Source of the DNA: a virus
Lineage: Duplodnaviria > Caudoviricetes
DNA: 53,869 nucleotides
Virus record (IMG/VR): IMGVR_UViG_3300014156_000002
Coordinates: 1 to 53,869 of that record
Direction: 5' to 3' (one strand)
Below the pieces are notes generated by a model. The model did no database searches. It was given only the letters and a program-made list of their open reading frames with translations, and was not told the DNA's origin. Numbering within the stretch: the first letter of the stretch is position 1; each line of letters begins with the position of its first letter. This document shows, one piece after another, positions 7,998 to 18,389 of this stretch. The position numbers and the translations under genes are program-made.

Positions 7998-10943
7998 GTG
8001 TTTTCTAAGCGATTGGCTACCGAACAGCTTTCGCTTCTCTCCGAGGCGTCGGCGAAGTCCGAGACCGGCCTCTGGATACCCGAGTACCACTCCATTTCAC
8101 AGATTGACTCGTTCAACTCCCACTTCAGAGCTCTCGCCGAAAAATCCATCTACGATAACACCGATGTCGAAGATGCGCTCGGTCCCGAGGAGCTTGCATG
8201 GATCGCCAACGAGTATCAGATTTGCGCCTGCGATGACCGCTACTGGTTCGAGAGCTACTTCTACATCAACGATGACTCGAACATCATCCGCTTCAACCCG
8301 CGCTTTTCGCAGGCCATGCTTATCGACATGTGGGCAGAGCGCGAAGAGGCTGGGTTGCCGATCGAGCAGCAAATACTTAAAGCCAGGCAGCAAGGGACAT
8401 GCCTTGAGCCCAGTACTCCCGTTTTAACTTCTGATTTGCGATGGGTCCCTGTTGGGGAGATTAAGATAGGCGAATCAATTTTGGCTGTCGATGAATTTCC
8501 GCCCGGAGGAAAAGGTGCCGGACGAAAAATGCGCAAGGGAATTGTCGAAGCAAAGACTGAAGTCTTGGAGATCGCTTTCAGGCTTACATTCGAGAACGGC
8601 GACGTTCTACTATCGACTCCCTCGCACAGATGGTTGGCGAACAAATGCCGGAATAGTCCCGAGACGGCATGGAAGCAAACGAGACAATTGCGCATCGGGG
8701 ATTCTGTTCGATTTATCACAGAGAAGTGGCTTGACTCTGACTACGAGGACGGATGGTTCGGTGGGTTCCTTGACGGTGAGGCTACTTTGAGGCCAAAGAC
8801 TCGCGCCGGTGTGGAACTAACGATGCATCAGGTAGAGGGCAACGTTCTTCGTAGAGCGCGAAAATATCTTGCCGAAAACGGGTACAACTTCCGCGAAGAA
8901 ATAGACAATCGGAATGTCTTGAATAGCACTCGCGTTGGCAATAAACCTGTGCATAGGCTAATTGTTGGACGACTGGATCAAATCATCAGGTTGATTGGAA
9001 AGACGCGTCCAGTGAGATTCCCGCAGGAGTGGTGGGATGGCAAAGAACTTCCCGGCAAAAAAGTAGGCGGAGGATGGCGAACCATCATTGCGGCCGAAAT
9101 GCTTCCCCATCAGCGCATGATTGATCTGCAAACCTCAACGAAGACATTCATCGCCAACGGGTACGTCTCACATAATTCAACCGTGGTCGAGGGCGCCATC
9201 GCCAAAAAGGTAAATTTCGGCATCGGCGTGAAGGCGGCGGTGGCCTCCTACGATCAGGACGCCGGCGAGCGCATGGGCGGCATGATGGAGCTCGCCTTCA
9301 ATGAGATGCCTAGCTGGATGAAGGCCAATCCCACCTCCGATCGCGCCGGATCGCTCAAGGCGTTCGCCGCGACAAATACGCGCCTGACAATTTATTCCGG
9401 CAAGAAAGCGGCCGGGATCGCCCGTGGCGATACGCCATCGGTCATTCACATCTCCGAGGTGTCCACTTTCCCCGACGCATCGAACGTCATCGAAAAGTCG
9501 CTCTTCAACGCGGTCCATCCGACGCGCAACACGTTCATGATCCTTGAATCGACCGGCAACGGGAACACGGACTGGTGGGCGCGGACATGGTATTCGAGCC
9601 GCGACTACTGGGCCTCTGGCGGGGCCAGGTTGCAGCCGGTGTTCTTCCCCTGGTTCATCGCCATTGACCTCTTCCCGACGCCCACATGGAGGCAGGAGCA
9701 CCCCGTGCCGCGCGACTGGGAGCCCCTGGGCGAGACGCGCCGCATGATGGCGAAGGCGGCAGCCTACGTGCATCAGACTCCGCTCATCAGGAAGTACGCC
9801 GGTGACGATTGGCGGATGCAGGATTTTCAGGCTTACTACTGGGAGCAACAGCTACTAGAAGCGCGGCGCAAGGGAGACGAGAACGCCTGGTATCAGGAAA
9901 TGCCGATGGACGACATGGAGGCGTTGCGCCCGAAAAAGGATCTCGTCTTCAATCTTCTCGAAGTCCAGAAGCAGGAAGAAACCCGGTCTCCCTACACGGT
10001 CTGGTCGATCATCGGTGAGCAAATTCAGGAGAGGTATTATCCAGATGAAACAGAAATTGATCGCAGTGTCGAACCCTTCAGGGTCAGCTACGACGGCAAT
10101 ATCACGGACCTTCGCGGGCGCGTGCAAAAGACGTTCTGGTGGGAGTTTGTGCCACTCAAACAGCCAAAGGAATCAGGCATCGACATCTTCGAGGCCGAGC
10201 GGCGGTGCCTCATTTTCAAGTGGCCGGAGGCCGGATACACCTATGGCATCGGGGTGGACAACTCCGGGGGGACCGGGAAAGACGGCAGCTACATCAGCGT
10301 GAACGCGAAGTCGATCTATTCGAGCGAGCCGGATTTTCAGGCGGCGTGCTTCTGGTCGAACAAGGTTGACCCGTCTCTAATTCACCCGTACATCATGGCG
10401 CTGGTCGCGCTCTACAAGATCGAGATGCCCGAAGGCAATGAGCCGATGGTGGGAATCGAGCAGGTATACGGCCTCGGCGACACGCCACAGATTCAGATGC
10501 TGTCGATGGGGTTTAACAAGCGAAATCTGTACCACTTTTCGCGGTTGGATGGAAGGAACCCGGAGGCCGACAAGAAGAGGTCGAAGCGCCTCGGCTGGTA
10601 CACGACGGAGTGGAGCCGCAACTTCATGCTATCGATGTACAAGACGGCAGTCGAAAACCACTGGCGCAAGGTGAATGACCCGTTTTTGCTCAAGCAGGAG
10701 ATTCCGGCGTTTCAGGTGGATAAGACGGAAAGCGGTAAGACACGGTGGGATCACGAGGACGGCAAGCGCGATGATCGCATCTTCGGAGACGGCATTTCCT
10801 ACATCATCCTGAACGACACAGAATCGATGACCCGGCGCGTACAATCGAAATTCGAGGGCGAAGAAGAGGAAATTGAGCTTAATATGAATTATCCAGTCGG
10901 GATCAACTCGACGATGGAAGAGATGTTCGGAGCCGAGCTATGA
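7998..10943 (+). CDS. terL: Terminase large subunit, intein-containing
   Basis: ILKARQQGT|ST Walker A split by an intein, IHISEV Walker B, ILESTGNG, YGIGVD and DDRIFGD nuclease motifs. Confidence 0.92.
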   Translation: MFSKRLATEQLSLLSEASAKSETGLWIPEYHSISQIDSFNSHFRALAEKSIYDNTDVEDALGPEELAWIANEYQICACDDRYWFESYFYINDDSNIIRFNPRFSQAMLIDMWAEREEAGLPIEQQILKARQQGTCLEPSTPVLTSDLRWVPVGEIKIGESILAVDEFPPGGKGAGRKMRKGIVEAKTEVLEIAFRLTFENGDVLLSTPSHRWLANKCRNSPETAWKQTRQLRIGDSVRFITEKWLDSDYEDGWFGGFLDGEATLRPKTRAGVELTMHQVEGNVLRRARKYLAENGYNFREEIDNRNVLNSTRVGNKPVHRLIVGRLDQIIRLIGKTRPVRFPQEWWDGKELPGKKVGGGWRTIIAAEMLPHQRMIDLQTSTKTFIANGYVSHNSTVVEGAIAKKVNFGIGVKAAVASYDQDAGERMGGMMELAFNEMPSWMKANPTSDRAGSLKAFAATNTRLTIYSGKKAAGIARGDTPSVIHISEVSTFPDASNVIEKSLFNAVHPTRNTFMILESTGNGNTDWWARTWYSSRDYWASGGARLQPVFFPWFIAIDLFPTPTWRQEHPVPRDWEPLGETRRMMAKAAAYVHQTPLIRKYAGDDWRMQDFQAYYWEQQLLEARRKGDENAWYQEMPMDDMEALRPKKDLVFNLLEVQKQEETRSPYTVWSIIGEQIQERYYPDETEIDRSVEPFRVSYDGNITDLRGRVQKTFWWEFVPLKQPKESGIDIFEAERRCLIFKWPEAGYTYGIGVDNSGGTGKDGSYISVNAKSIYSSEPDFQAACFWSNKVDPSLIHPYIMALVALYKIEMPEGNEPMVGIEQVYGLGDTPQIQMLSMGFNKRNLYHFSRLDGRNPEADKKRSKRLGWYTTEWSRNFMLSMYKTAVENHWRKVNDPFLLKQEIPAFQVDKTESGKTRWDHEDGKRDDRIFGDGISYIILNDTESMTRRVQSKFEGEEEEIELNMNYPVGINSTMEEMFGAEL
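8400..9176 (+). mobile_element. Intein (259 aa) in terminase Walker A with one LAGLIDADG-like motif
   Basis: Starts CLEPSTPV, block B TPSHRW, GWFGGFLDGEA, ends FIANGYVSHN followed by Ser. Confidence 0.93.
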
Positions 10944-11404
10944 GCCTCATTATTCTCCCCGGCGCGAAAAAGCCCAATGAGAACTGGGCCTACGAGAACG
11001 GCAAAGAAGTATTGTGGTGGGATGAGAATCCTTTCACGAAGCGCGTCATTCTCACTTCGCCGATGTCACCGCGCCGCCACGGGTTCAACCGGCACAAGAC
11101 GGTAAGCCCGAAAGAGATGGACCGCGTGTTCGCCCAGCTCAACGCTCAGGAACACGAAGAGAACGAGAAGCTGGTCGAGAAAATCTACAATCGTGGACGG
11201 GATTACTACCTTGCGGCTCGCAGCCGGTTGACGCAGCGGCTTCTATCTGCTGATTGCAAGGAGTGGGAGAAGGCATTCATCCGCGAGTCGCTGCGCCTGA
11301 TGGATGAGCGCGACCACAAGATGCAGCAAAACACGGTTTACGGTGTCAGCGCGATGCAGGAAACCGAAGCACCGATTGAAGCGCCGCGCACGAGGGTGAA
11401 CTAA
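10940..11404 (+). CDS. Hypothetical protein between terminase and portal
   Basis: Translationally coupled on both sides. Confidence 0.75.
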   Translation: MSLIILPGAKKPNENWAYENGKEVLWWDENPFTKRVILTSPMSPRRHGFNRHKTVSPKEMDRVFAQLNAQEHEENEKLVEKIYNRGRDYYLAARSRLTQRLLSADCKEWEKAFIRESLRLMDERDHKMQQNTVYGVSAMQETEAPIEAPRTRVN

Positions 11405-14304
11405 TGGCCGGTGAAAGAGAAGTTAGCTGGCAATGTCCGTTCTTTGAGGCGGAAGATTCTGCCAAGCTCGGCTTCCTCAAGCGTTGCGTGTCTCAGGGCA
11501 TCGCGTGGCAGCAAGAGAACTGCAACACAACCGACATGCAGCGGGCGATGGATATTCTCGCGGGCAAGTCGGGCTCGAAGGTCTCCTCGAAGTGGTCGAA
11601 ATTCACAACCGGCGACCTGAAACGCGGCATCCTCGAAATCGTTGAAACGCTTTCCGACATCCGGCCCTACTGGGGATACTCGACCGACAACAAGGCTTTC
11701 AAAGCGCAATCGGCCATGATGTCGAAGGTGGCGAAGGCGGTTTACCTCGAAGGTTTTGTTGATCGCGCCATCAAGGACGCTCTGCAATACGCGGCGGTAT
11801 CTGGAGCGGGATTCATCTATCCCTACTACTCGCGGTCGATGTACGGCGCCGGGGATGGAGAGTTTGTATTCCAGGCGCTTGGCCAACCCGAAGTGCTTCC
11901 GATTCAGCTAGGCCGCGACAAGAACTATCAGAAAGCCTACATCGTGACGCTGGTCATTCCGATGGGCGTGGCCGAGGCGCACTCTCGCTTTCCCGATTAC
12001 CAAAAGCATCTGACGCCGTTCGCTAACAAGCGGTACGGGCGCACCAAGGGCGGCGGCGAGGAGCGGGCCTACGATCAGAATCGCTGGCGGATGCACAAGC
12101 TCGAAGGCAAGTTGGAGCAGTACTGCGTACCTTTGAATTCGGAAATTCTGACTCGTGACGGATGGAAGAAATACAACGAAATTACTGTCGGTCAAGAGGT
12201 CATGGGCTACAACAGAGACACGCAGCTTTGTGAGTGGACAACTCTGGAAGGCGTAAATCTGTTTCAGGGCAGGGAGATTTACGAGTACGGCACCAAGGGA
12301 TTTACCGTCAGATGCACCAAGGATCATCGATGGGTAGTTAGGAAGAGAACCGGGAAATACAAAAAGGACTCCTATAAAAAGGAACCAGAATTGCTGACTC
12401 TAGATGAATGCACCAAACAGAAAACTATTTTGGTGCAGTCCGCCCAAGCGCCAGATGGTCCGGGTCTACCTGTTATGGAAGTTGACGGGTATCTCAATCG
12501 CGGTCAGGGCGTGGATATGGTCCTGAAGATGACTTCAGGCGAGAGGAGAGCGTTCATTTTAGGGATGCTCTACGGAGAGGGGAATAAGCGGGTTCATCCC
12601 GAGAATTCTGAATGGAAAACGACTGAATTCTCTCAGAATCCCGGCCCTGTCTATGACGCAATGAAACTAGCGTGTGCTCTTGAGGGTATCGCAACTTCCG
12701 CGCGAACCAATGTAAAAAAGGAAAGTCCATGCCAGAGATTCACGCTGTTTCAAAACTCATATAGGGGACTCCAGAATTTCAGGAAAAAGTTAATTTCCAC
12801 TGGAGAGGTTTGGTGTCCCACCACTGGTCTAGGAACGTGGGTCATGCGGCAAGGTGACGTCATCACAATCACCGGCAACTGCGATCTTTATTATTCCTAC
12901 GTGCTCGATCTCCGGGTGAACCGCGGCGAAGTCGATGAACAGGGCAAGCCGATTCTGGACAAGGAAGGCAACGCCATCGGCAAAGAGTTGGAGATGGGCG
13001 AGGTTGGGACAAGCTGGTACTACAAGGTTCCCTATCTCGGCCAAAAGATCACGCGCTTCGAGGGCGGCAAGACCGTAGAGCGTGAGGCCACAGAGGACGA
13101 TTGCCGCGTGTATCCGCAGAGGCGCTTGCTGATTCACTGCGAGAACGCGCTGATGTACGACGGCCCTGCATTCGACTGGCACGGCATGGTGCCGCTGGTT
13201 CCGTTCTATCTCGACGAGTGGGCATGGGAGCCGACTGGGTACTCGCTCTTCAATGGGACTGCGAACACTCAGGATGCAATCGATGACCTGGTGCGCTCGG
13301 TTTATCGCGTAGCGATGGCGCGTGCGCGCCCTGGCAAGGTCTATAACATCGACATCACTACGGGAGACAAGCAAGGAAAGCTGACATCGCGGCAGGCAGA
13401 AGGCATGGACCCGTTCGACCCCGGCGTGACATGGGGCATCGACGGCGAAGTGAAAGAACCGGTGTTACGGCCTCCGATGCCGGAGTGGTGCTACAACGTT
13501 CCCGAATGGGTGATGAAGGTGGTCGAGTTCTTGCAGGCGTCGATTCTGCGGCAACTCGGCCACGACCAGATCAAGGCGCTTGAAAAGTTGCGTGGCAATA
13601 TCTCGGACCCCGAAAAACTGCTGGACGCGGAAGGTCCGACAGTGCTGGGCACGTCGCGCACGATGGAGCGCAGCTTCCGAGACTTCGGCAATATGGTGAA
13701 ATTCCTGATCTTGCAATACATGACGGTTGCCGAGGTGATGCAGATCGTGGGCGCGGACGGGATAGCGCCGGAGGTATTCGATTACGCGCCGGAGATGGTG
13801 ATTCCCTCGCACATGCCAGGTGAGCCCACGACGCGCATCGGAGCCAACGGGCAGCCTCAGCCGGTGTCGTCGAGCGTGAGCGTATTCGACCGCGCGAAGA
13901 CATTCGCGAAGAATCTCAAGTTCTTCATCACGCCGCACTCGATTCACTACATCGCGCAGGCGAAGCAGAGGCTTGACCTCTTGGCGCTGCTTGGTAAGGG
14001 TGTGCCGGTCGATCCTGAGACCATTGCGAATCAGTTCGATCTTCCCAACTGGGGATCGATTGACGGCGCGACGATTCAGGAGAAGGTGTTCAACTGGGCG
14101 AAGATGCAACTGGCGGAAAAGGCGAAGCTCGCGAAGCTCGAACTGTCGCTCGGCCTTGCTCCTCCCCCAGAGCCGGGAGACAAGCCCGGTCCCAAGCCAG
14201 GCCAAGCCGGAAGCGGCGCACCTCCCAAGAAACCCGGACAAGGTAAGGTGAAGCAAAAGGGGACAGCTAGCGGCGGCAGGGCAGTAGTCGCAACCACAAA
14301 GTGA
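11404..14304 (+). CDS. Portal protein, intein-containing
   Basis: Position after terL, about 714-aa extein, PLVPFY..GYSLF..TQDAIDDL pattern seen in podovirus-type portals. Confidence 0.8.
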   Translation: MAGEREVSWQCPFFEAEDSAKLGFLKRCVSQGIAWQQENCNTTDMQRAMDILAGKSGSKVSSKWSKFTTGDLKRGILEIVETLSDIRPYWGYSTDNKAFKAQSAMMSKVAKAVYLEGFVDRAIKDALQYAAVSGAGFIYPYYSRSMYGAGDGEFVFQALGQPEVLPIQLGRDKNYQKAYIVTLVIPMGVAEAHSRFPDYQKHLTPFANKRYGRTKGGGEERAYDQNRWRMHKLEGKLEQYCVPLNSEILTRDGWKKYNEITVGQEVMGYNRDTQLCEWTTLEGVNLFQGREIYEYGTKGFTVRCTKDHRWVVRKRTGKYKKDSYKKEPELLTLDECTKQKTILVQSAQAPDGPGLPVMEVDGYLNRGQGVDMVLKMTSGERRAFILGMLYGEGNKRVHPENSEWKTTEFSQNPGPVYDAMKLACALEGIATSARTNVKKESPCQRFTLFQNSYRGLQNFRKKLISTGEVWCPTTGLGTWVMRQGDVITITGNCDLYYSYVLDLRVNRGEVDEQGKPILDKEGNAIGKELEMGEVGTSWYYKVPYLGQKITRFEGGKTVEREATEDDCRVYPQRRLLIHCENALMYDGPAFDWHGMVPLVPFYLDEWAWEPTGYSLFNGTANTQDAIDDLVRSVYRVAMARARPGKVYNIDITTGDKQGKLTSRQAEGMDPFDPGVTWGIDGEVKEPVLRPPMPEWCYNVPEWVMKVVEFLQASILRQLGHDQIKALEKLRGNISDPEKLLDAEGPTVLGTSRTMERSFRDFGNMVKFLILQYMTVAEVMQIVGADGIAPEVFDYAPEMVIPSHMPGEPTTRIGANGQPQPVSSSVSVFDRAKTFAKNLKFFITPHSIHYIAQAKQRLDLLALLGKGVPVDPETIANQFDLPNWGSIDGATIQEKVFNWAKMQLAEKAKLAKLELSLGLAPPPEPGDKPGPKPGQAGSGAPPKKPGQGKVKQKGTASGGRAVVATTK
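12124..12879 (+). mobile_element. Intein (252 aa) in portal
   Basis: Starts CVPLNSEILTRDGWK, TKDHRW, AFILGMLYGEG, VWCPTT, ends ITITGN followed by Cys. Confidence 0.92.
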
Positions 14305-14313
14305 AGGAGACCT

Positions 14314-14541
14314 ATGAAGACGGAAACGCGCAGCCAGGTTGTACACAAAACAACAATCACCGCAGACGAGAAGAAGCCGGATGGAGGACGAGCGTTGCTG
14401 ATTGAGGCGTTTGACTTCATTCGCTCAGAGCGGCAGGTAGGCAAGCTCACGGCGCAATTTGGCATCGGCGGGTCGATTTCCTCGCTCGTGTTTGAGGAGA
14501 CGGACGCCATCGCGCAGAAAGACATCGAAGTCGCGGAATAA
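14314..14541 (+). CDS. Hypothetical protein
   Basis: AAGGAG RBS, in operon. Confidence 0.7.
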   Translation: MKTETRSQVVHKTTITADEKKPDGGRALLIEAFDFIRSERQVGKLTAQFGIGGSISSLVFEETDAIAQKDIEVAE

Positions 14542-14705
14542 GGCCGGAAACCCAAACTCTACCCTTAACAATCAAAGAAAAAACACCAACTCATCTAGAT
14601 TTTGTGGAAGTGGACGATTCTGTGTGTCTATAGTTCCAACAGGATTACCGCCCCACTGATGCACATGGTTAGCGGCTCCTCAAATCCAAACTGAGGAGAA
14701 TCATC

Positions 14706-14828
14706 ATGGCAAAAAAGCGTAGTCGCAAAAAGCTGACCGTCGTTGGCCCGCATCTGGGTGGAAAGCACAAGATGCACAAGGCCAAGGGCCGTGGCGGACG
14801 CAAGCGCGGTCGCCGGAAGAGTGCCTAA
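14706..14828 (+). CDS. 40-aa highly basic peptide
   Basis: Not in the ORF track. GAGGAG RBS; MAKKRSRKKLTVVGPHLGGKHKMHKAKGRGGRKRGRRKSA. Confidence 0.7.
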   Translation: MAKKRSRKKLTVVGPHLGGKHKMHKAKGRGGRKRGRRKSA

Positions 14829-14829
14829 C

Positions 14830-15066
14830 GTGGGATCGTTCCCGCCAGCCGTAACGCAGCAACCTCCGCAAGGTGGAGCCCCGCCGCAAGGCGGGGCCTC
14901 CCCCATCATCAAACTGACCATGCTCGGACAGGCGATTCAGGGACTCGCGAGAGACTTCCCCGGCGCGCAGGAAGGCATTCAGATGATGATGCAGGGATTG
15001 CAGAAGGTCCAAGCGTCGGCATCGGCTCAATCGTCCCCGCAGCAATCCGCAGCGCCGCCCCGGTAA
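14830..15066 (+). CDS. Small Q/P-rich head-region protein
   Basis: GTG 1 nt after the preceding stop, in the frame of ORF 14743-15066. Confidence 0.6.
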   Translation: MGSFPPAVTQQPPQGGAPPQGGASPIIKLTMLGQAIQGLARDFPGAQEGIQMMMQGLQKVQASASAQSSPQQSAAPPR

Positions 15067-15085
15067 TCCTGACTAGGAGATTTCA

Positions 15086-15937
15086 ATGACCGAACTCGAA
15101 TGGTTGAAGCAACAGTCGGGACTCACGGACGACGAGCTGAAGACTTACGAAGCCGTGCTGGGCGACGGCAAGTTCAAGGCGATGCTCAAAAAGCTCGCCG
15201 ATGCGAACGTGAACGCCGAGGCCGCGAAGAAGAAGGCCGAGGACGAACTGAAACAGTTCACCGACCGCTACAACAACGAATTTGTACCCACCCTGGCGGA
15301 TGTGACGAAACAATCCATCGCCGACGCGGGCAAAGTTGCGGCTCTCGAAGCGAAGCTGGCTAAGGCGAAGGAGTACGGGATTGCCTTGGACGACGCGCCG
15401 AACCCGAATCCCAACCCCAACCCGAATCCAGCCGCGCCGCGTGCGCCGGGATCGCCAGACCCGAACTTGGTCACGCGCGACGATTTTGGCCGCTTCTCTT
15501 CGGCGCAGGCCAGCACGCTCGTCATGCTCCAAGACCTCAATGCCGAGCACTTCGCCCTGTACGAAGCGCCACTCGGAAACACGCAGGAGCTTGTGGACGA
15601 AGCGAATCGGCAGCGGCTCCTGGGCAATAAGACCTTCTCCGTCAAGAACGCATGGGAAGCGAAGTACAACGTCGCCGCCAAGCGCCAGGAAGTGGCGGAT
15701 GCGGCGGCAAAGAAGCACGATGACGAGATTCGGGAAGCGACTCGCAAGGAAGAGCGCCAGCGTCACAGCGCGAACCCGAATACCCGCTCTGGAAACACGA
15801 GCCGCTTTTCGACGTACAAGCCATCGGAGGCGGCGGGCGACAAGAAGCCGTGGCAGGCTCCCGTTGGCAAGAGGGAGCGGAACACGCCTTGGCGCGAGAG
15901 TGCAAAACAGAAGTTGCGTGAGGCGGTTGCTGCTTAA
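15086..15937 (+). CDS. Putative capsid scaffolding protein
   Basis: Charged coiled-coil composition, NP repeat linker, upstream of capsid, AGGAG RBS. Confidence 0.7.
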   Translation: MTELEWLKQQSGLTDDELKTYEAVLGDGKFKAMLKKLADANVNAEAAKKKAEDELKQFTDRYNNEFVPTLADVTKQSIADAGKVAALEAKLAKAKEYGIALDDAPNPNPNPNPNPAAPRAPGSPDPNLVTRDDFGRFSSAQASTLVMLQDLNAEHFALYEAPLGNTQELVDEANRQRLLGNKTFSVKNAWEAKYNVAAKRQEVADAAAKKHDDEIREATRKEERQRHSANPNTRSGNTSRFSTYKPSEAAGDKKPWQAPVGKRERNTPWRESAKQKLREAVAA

Positions 15938-15956
15938 CGCTCGATAAGGAGAATCT

Positions 15957-16559
15957 TTGGGACGCTGGAAACAAGAACCGCAATCGCTAATGCCGACGGC
16001 AACGCCGACAGAAGCGGACGTGCAATTCTTTGCCGGGTTCTATGAAGGCGAAGGATCGGCGTGCAAGCACGGAAAGCGGAGCATTGTGGTTCAAGTTCCA
16101 CAGAAAGATCCCGAAATTCTCTACCGTGCCCGTAATTTGTGGGGCGGTTCTATAAGGACGAATTCAATTGGAATATCTGCTTGGGTGATGAGTGGTGACC
16201 GAGCCCGGCGCTTCCTGATTGCGGTTTACCCGTACTTAAGTTCTCGACGCAAGGAACAAATCGAACGCGCGGGAGGACTTACTCTGAGCGGGAAAAAGTC
16301 TGCGGAAGTAGGCGGTATTTCACGGGAGAGGCAAATTGCCCGCGCTTCGATGACGAATGCCGAACGCCATCAGGAGAGCGTTTATCAATACTACCTGCGC
16401 AATAAGGAAAAGATGAACGAAAATGCCCGACGTTGGCAAAAGGAAAATCGTGGGCGCAAGAACGCCACTACGAGGGCATGGCGGCGCAGAGTAAGAGAGC
16501 AGGAAACTGTCGCTCAGATGGGCGCGGAAATTTCTGAAAGGAGTCCGCTGATTCAATAG
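15957..16559 (+). CDS. Free-standing single-motif LAGLIDADG endonuclease-like protein
   Basis: FFAGFYEGEGS..QKDPEIL..WGGSI..YPYL; lower GC; TAAGGAG RBS. Confidence 0.75.
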   Translation: MGRWKQEPQSLMPTATPTEADVQFFAGFYEGEGSACKHGKRSIVVQVPQKDPEILYRARNLWGGSIRTNSIGISAWVMSGDRARRFLIAVYPYLSSRRKEQIERAGGLTLSGKKSAEVGGISRERQIARASMTNAERHQESVYQYYLRNKEKMNENARRWQKENRGRKNATTRAWRRRVREQETVAQMGAEISERSPLIQ

Positions 16560-16570
16560 CGGAAAACACT

Positions 16571-17800
16571 ATGCCGACCCCCTTCGGGCCTTTGTTCCCT
16601 GAGGTTACAGCGACCACATTGAATGAAATTGTGGATTCGTATATCTACCAGAACAGCTACGTCGGGACCGCTTTTCAGCGGTACTTCCGCGCGTCGGGAG
16701 CATATGACCCGTTCTCGGGCGGCGCTGCTATGCAGGTGCCGCAGCTCTATCAGGGCGCACCTGGTGGCGCGATGTTCCCCGGCGAGGACGTGACCATCGT
16801 CCAGCAGCAGATGATTACGGCCAGCGTGTTCCAGCCGAAGTCCTACGGCAAGTATGTGTTGGTGAACGAATTCATCACTGAGGTCCAGAACAAGGGTCCG
16901 GAAGCGCGCGTCGGAATTCTGGAGTCCTACCTGAATCAGTTGATGGAGGGCATCGACTTCCAGCTTGAAGGCGATATGTTCCGCCACGGGCAAGCTGCCG
17001 GCAACGGAGTGAGCGACAACCGCCTCGCCTCGATCAACGGCATCTCCGAAGCGTTGAACGACGGCATCACGCCTTCGTGGGACGGCAACGTGTTCCCGAC
17101 TTACGGCGGTCAGGCTCGCAACGGTTCGCTTGACGGCTCGATCAACTCGACTCCGATTTGGCTGGGCGACCAGAACGGCAACCCCGCGCCGCCGAACTAC
17201 CAGACGCTGCTCAAGACCTACCTGACTCCGATTCAGAACGCTGGATCGAAGCTGGGCGTTACTTCGTACATCGGCTACTCGGCGATCAGCGCGAACTTCC
17301 AGCGCCAGCAGCGGTACGAGGAGCGCGACGATCACAACATCAACTGGCGCGGCATCAAGTTTGAGGATGCGACGATCTTCCAGGACGACATCGTTCCCTC
17401 AAGCTCGCCGAAGCCTTCGATTGCCGGCCTGTTTACCACGGTCAACGGAACGGCTCCTGCGCCGGGAGCGATTCAGACCGGGCAATTCACGCTCACCACG
17501 GCCATGCTTGGCAATCAGGGCATCAGCCAGTTGCCGAATCTCGGCTTCACGTCGAACGCCACCAAGAACGGGCTCTCCGGTGGGCTGAACACCATCGTGG
17601 TTGGCGAGCCGTTGTTCTGGCTGACCCCGGATGTGTGGAAGTACCGCGAGGCTGATGGCGCTCCGGTGAACTACTACATGATGGACCCGGCCCGTTGGCC
17701 TGAGAATCCCTGGCTGTACGTGCAGTGGCTCCGTCACGTTCTGAATTTCTACAACCCGACGCCGCGTGAAGATCAGCAGTGCTTCGGAATCCTAGGTTAA
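16571..17800 (+). CDS. Major capsid protein
   Basis: 409 aa after scaffold, strong codon bias, ATTLNEIVD..INGISEALNDG. Confidence 0.8.
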   Translation: MPTPFGPLFPEVTATTLNEIVDSYIYQNSYVGTAFQRYFRASGAYDPFSGGAAMQVPQLYQGAPGGAMFPGEDVTIVQQQMITASVFQPKSYGKYVLVNEFITEVQNKGPEARVGILESYLNQLMEGIDFQLEGDMFRHGQAAGNGVSDNRLASINGISEALNDGITPSWDGNVFPTYGGQARNGSLDGSINSTPIWLGDQNGNPAPPNYQTLLKTYLTPIQNAGSKLGVTSYIGYSAISANFQRQQRYEERDDHNINWRGIKFEDATIFQDDIVPSSSPKPSIAGLFTTVNGTAPAPGAIQTGQFTLTTAMLGNQGISQLPNLGFTSNATKNGLSGGLNTIVVGEPLFWLTPDVWKYREADGAPVNYYMMDPARWPENPWLYVQWLRHVLNFYNPTPREDQQCFGILG

Positions 17801-18360
17801 GGCTTGGGAGTTGAGGGAAGGTTGAGATGAGCGAACTTGCCATGAACACGGACGGCTTCACCATCGTAAGCGGCAGCAGCCGCCTCCGGTGTGTCGAAGT
17901 ATCCAAGGAAGCGGTTGCTTCTGCGTCCATCGATTCGTGTGCAAAGTTGAGCCATCCACTTTCCGTTGCGCGGGTAAAAAGTCACCCCCTTGTACCCAGA
18001 AGTGTTGTCAACGCGCTTGCGCCGATTCGCGGCGTTTTGCTTAACAGAAGCAATTCGCAGATTCGCCCTTCTATTATCGAGCGTATTTCCGGTCTCTATG
18101 TGGTCAACTTGTTCTTCTGGAGTCACGCCCATAATCTCGCGGTGCATAGCGATACGTCTGGTTTTTCCTTCGGCGCTCGTCATTCGGACTGCGTAGTGAG
18201 CTTTGGCGTTGGGGTTCCAATGAGCGAGCCAATTCCATTGCATGAGCCACTCGTAATCGGAAGCGTCAACCGTGGCGTTAAGTCCTTTGGTAAGTGGAAT
18301 GAGTTTAACGGACTTATCCTCAGGTTGCTGGACAGCATGACGTTCAACAGTTATTTTCAT
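17797..18360 (-). CDS. HNH-AP2 homing endonuclease, antisense inside the head operon
   Basis: IPLTKG..VDASDY, MHREIM, VDHI..LDNRRANLR, NTSGYKGV, LGYFDTPEAAAAAYD; start at ATG 18360 after TGCTACAAT. Confidence 0.92.
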   Translation of the reverse strand: MKITVERHAVQQPEDKSVKLIPLTKGLNATVDASDYEWLMQWNWLAHWNPNAKAHYAVRMTSAEGKTRRIAMHREIMGVTPEEQVDHIETGNTLDNRRANLRIASVKQNAANRRKRVDNTSGYKGVTFYPRNGKWMAQLCTRIDGRRSNRFLGYFDTPEAAAAAYDGEAVRVHGKFAHLNLPSTPKP

Positions 18361-18389
18361 AGTGCTATTGTAGCACTGTAGGAGACAAC

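Noticed and set aside
15398-15430. CCGAA(C/T)-type short repeat
   Set aside because: It simply encodes the Pro-Asn linker of the scaffold protein.
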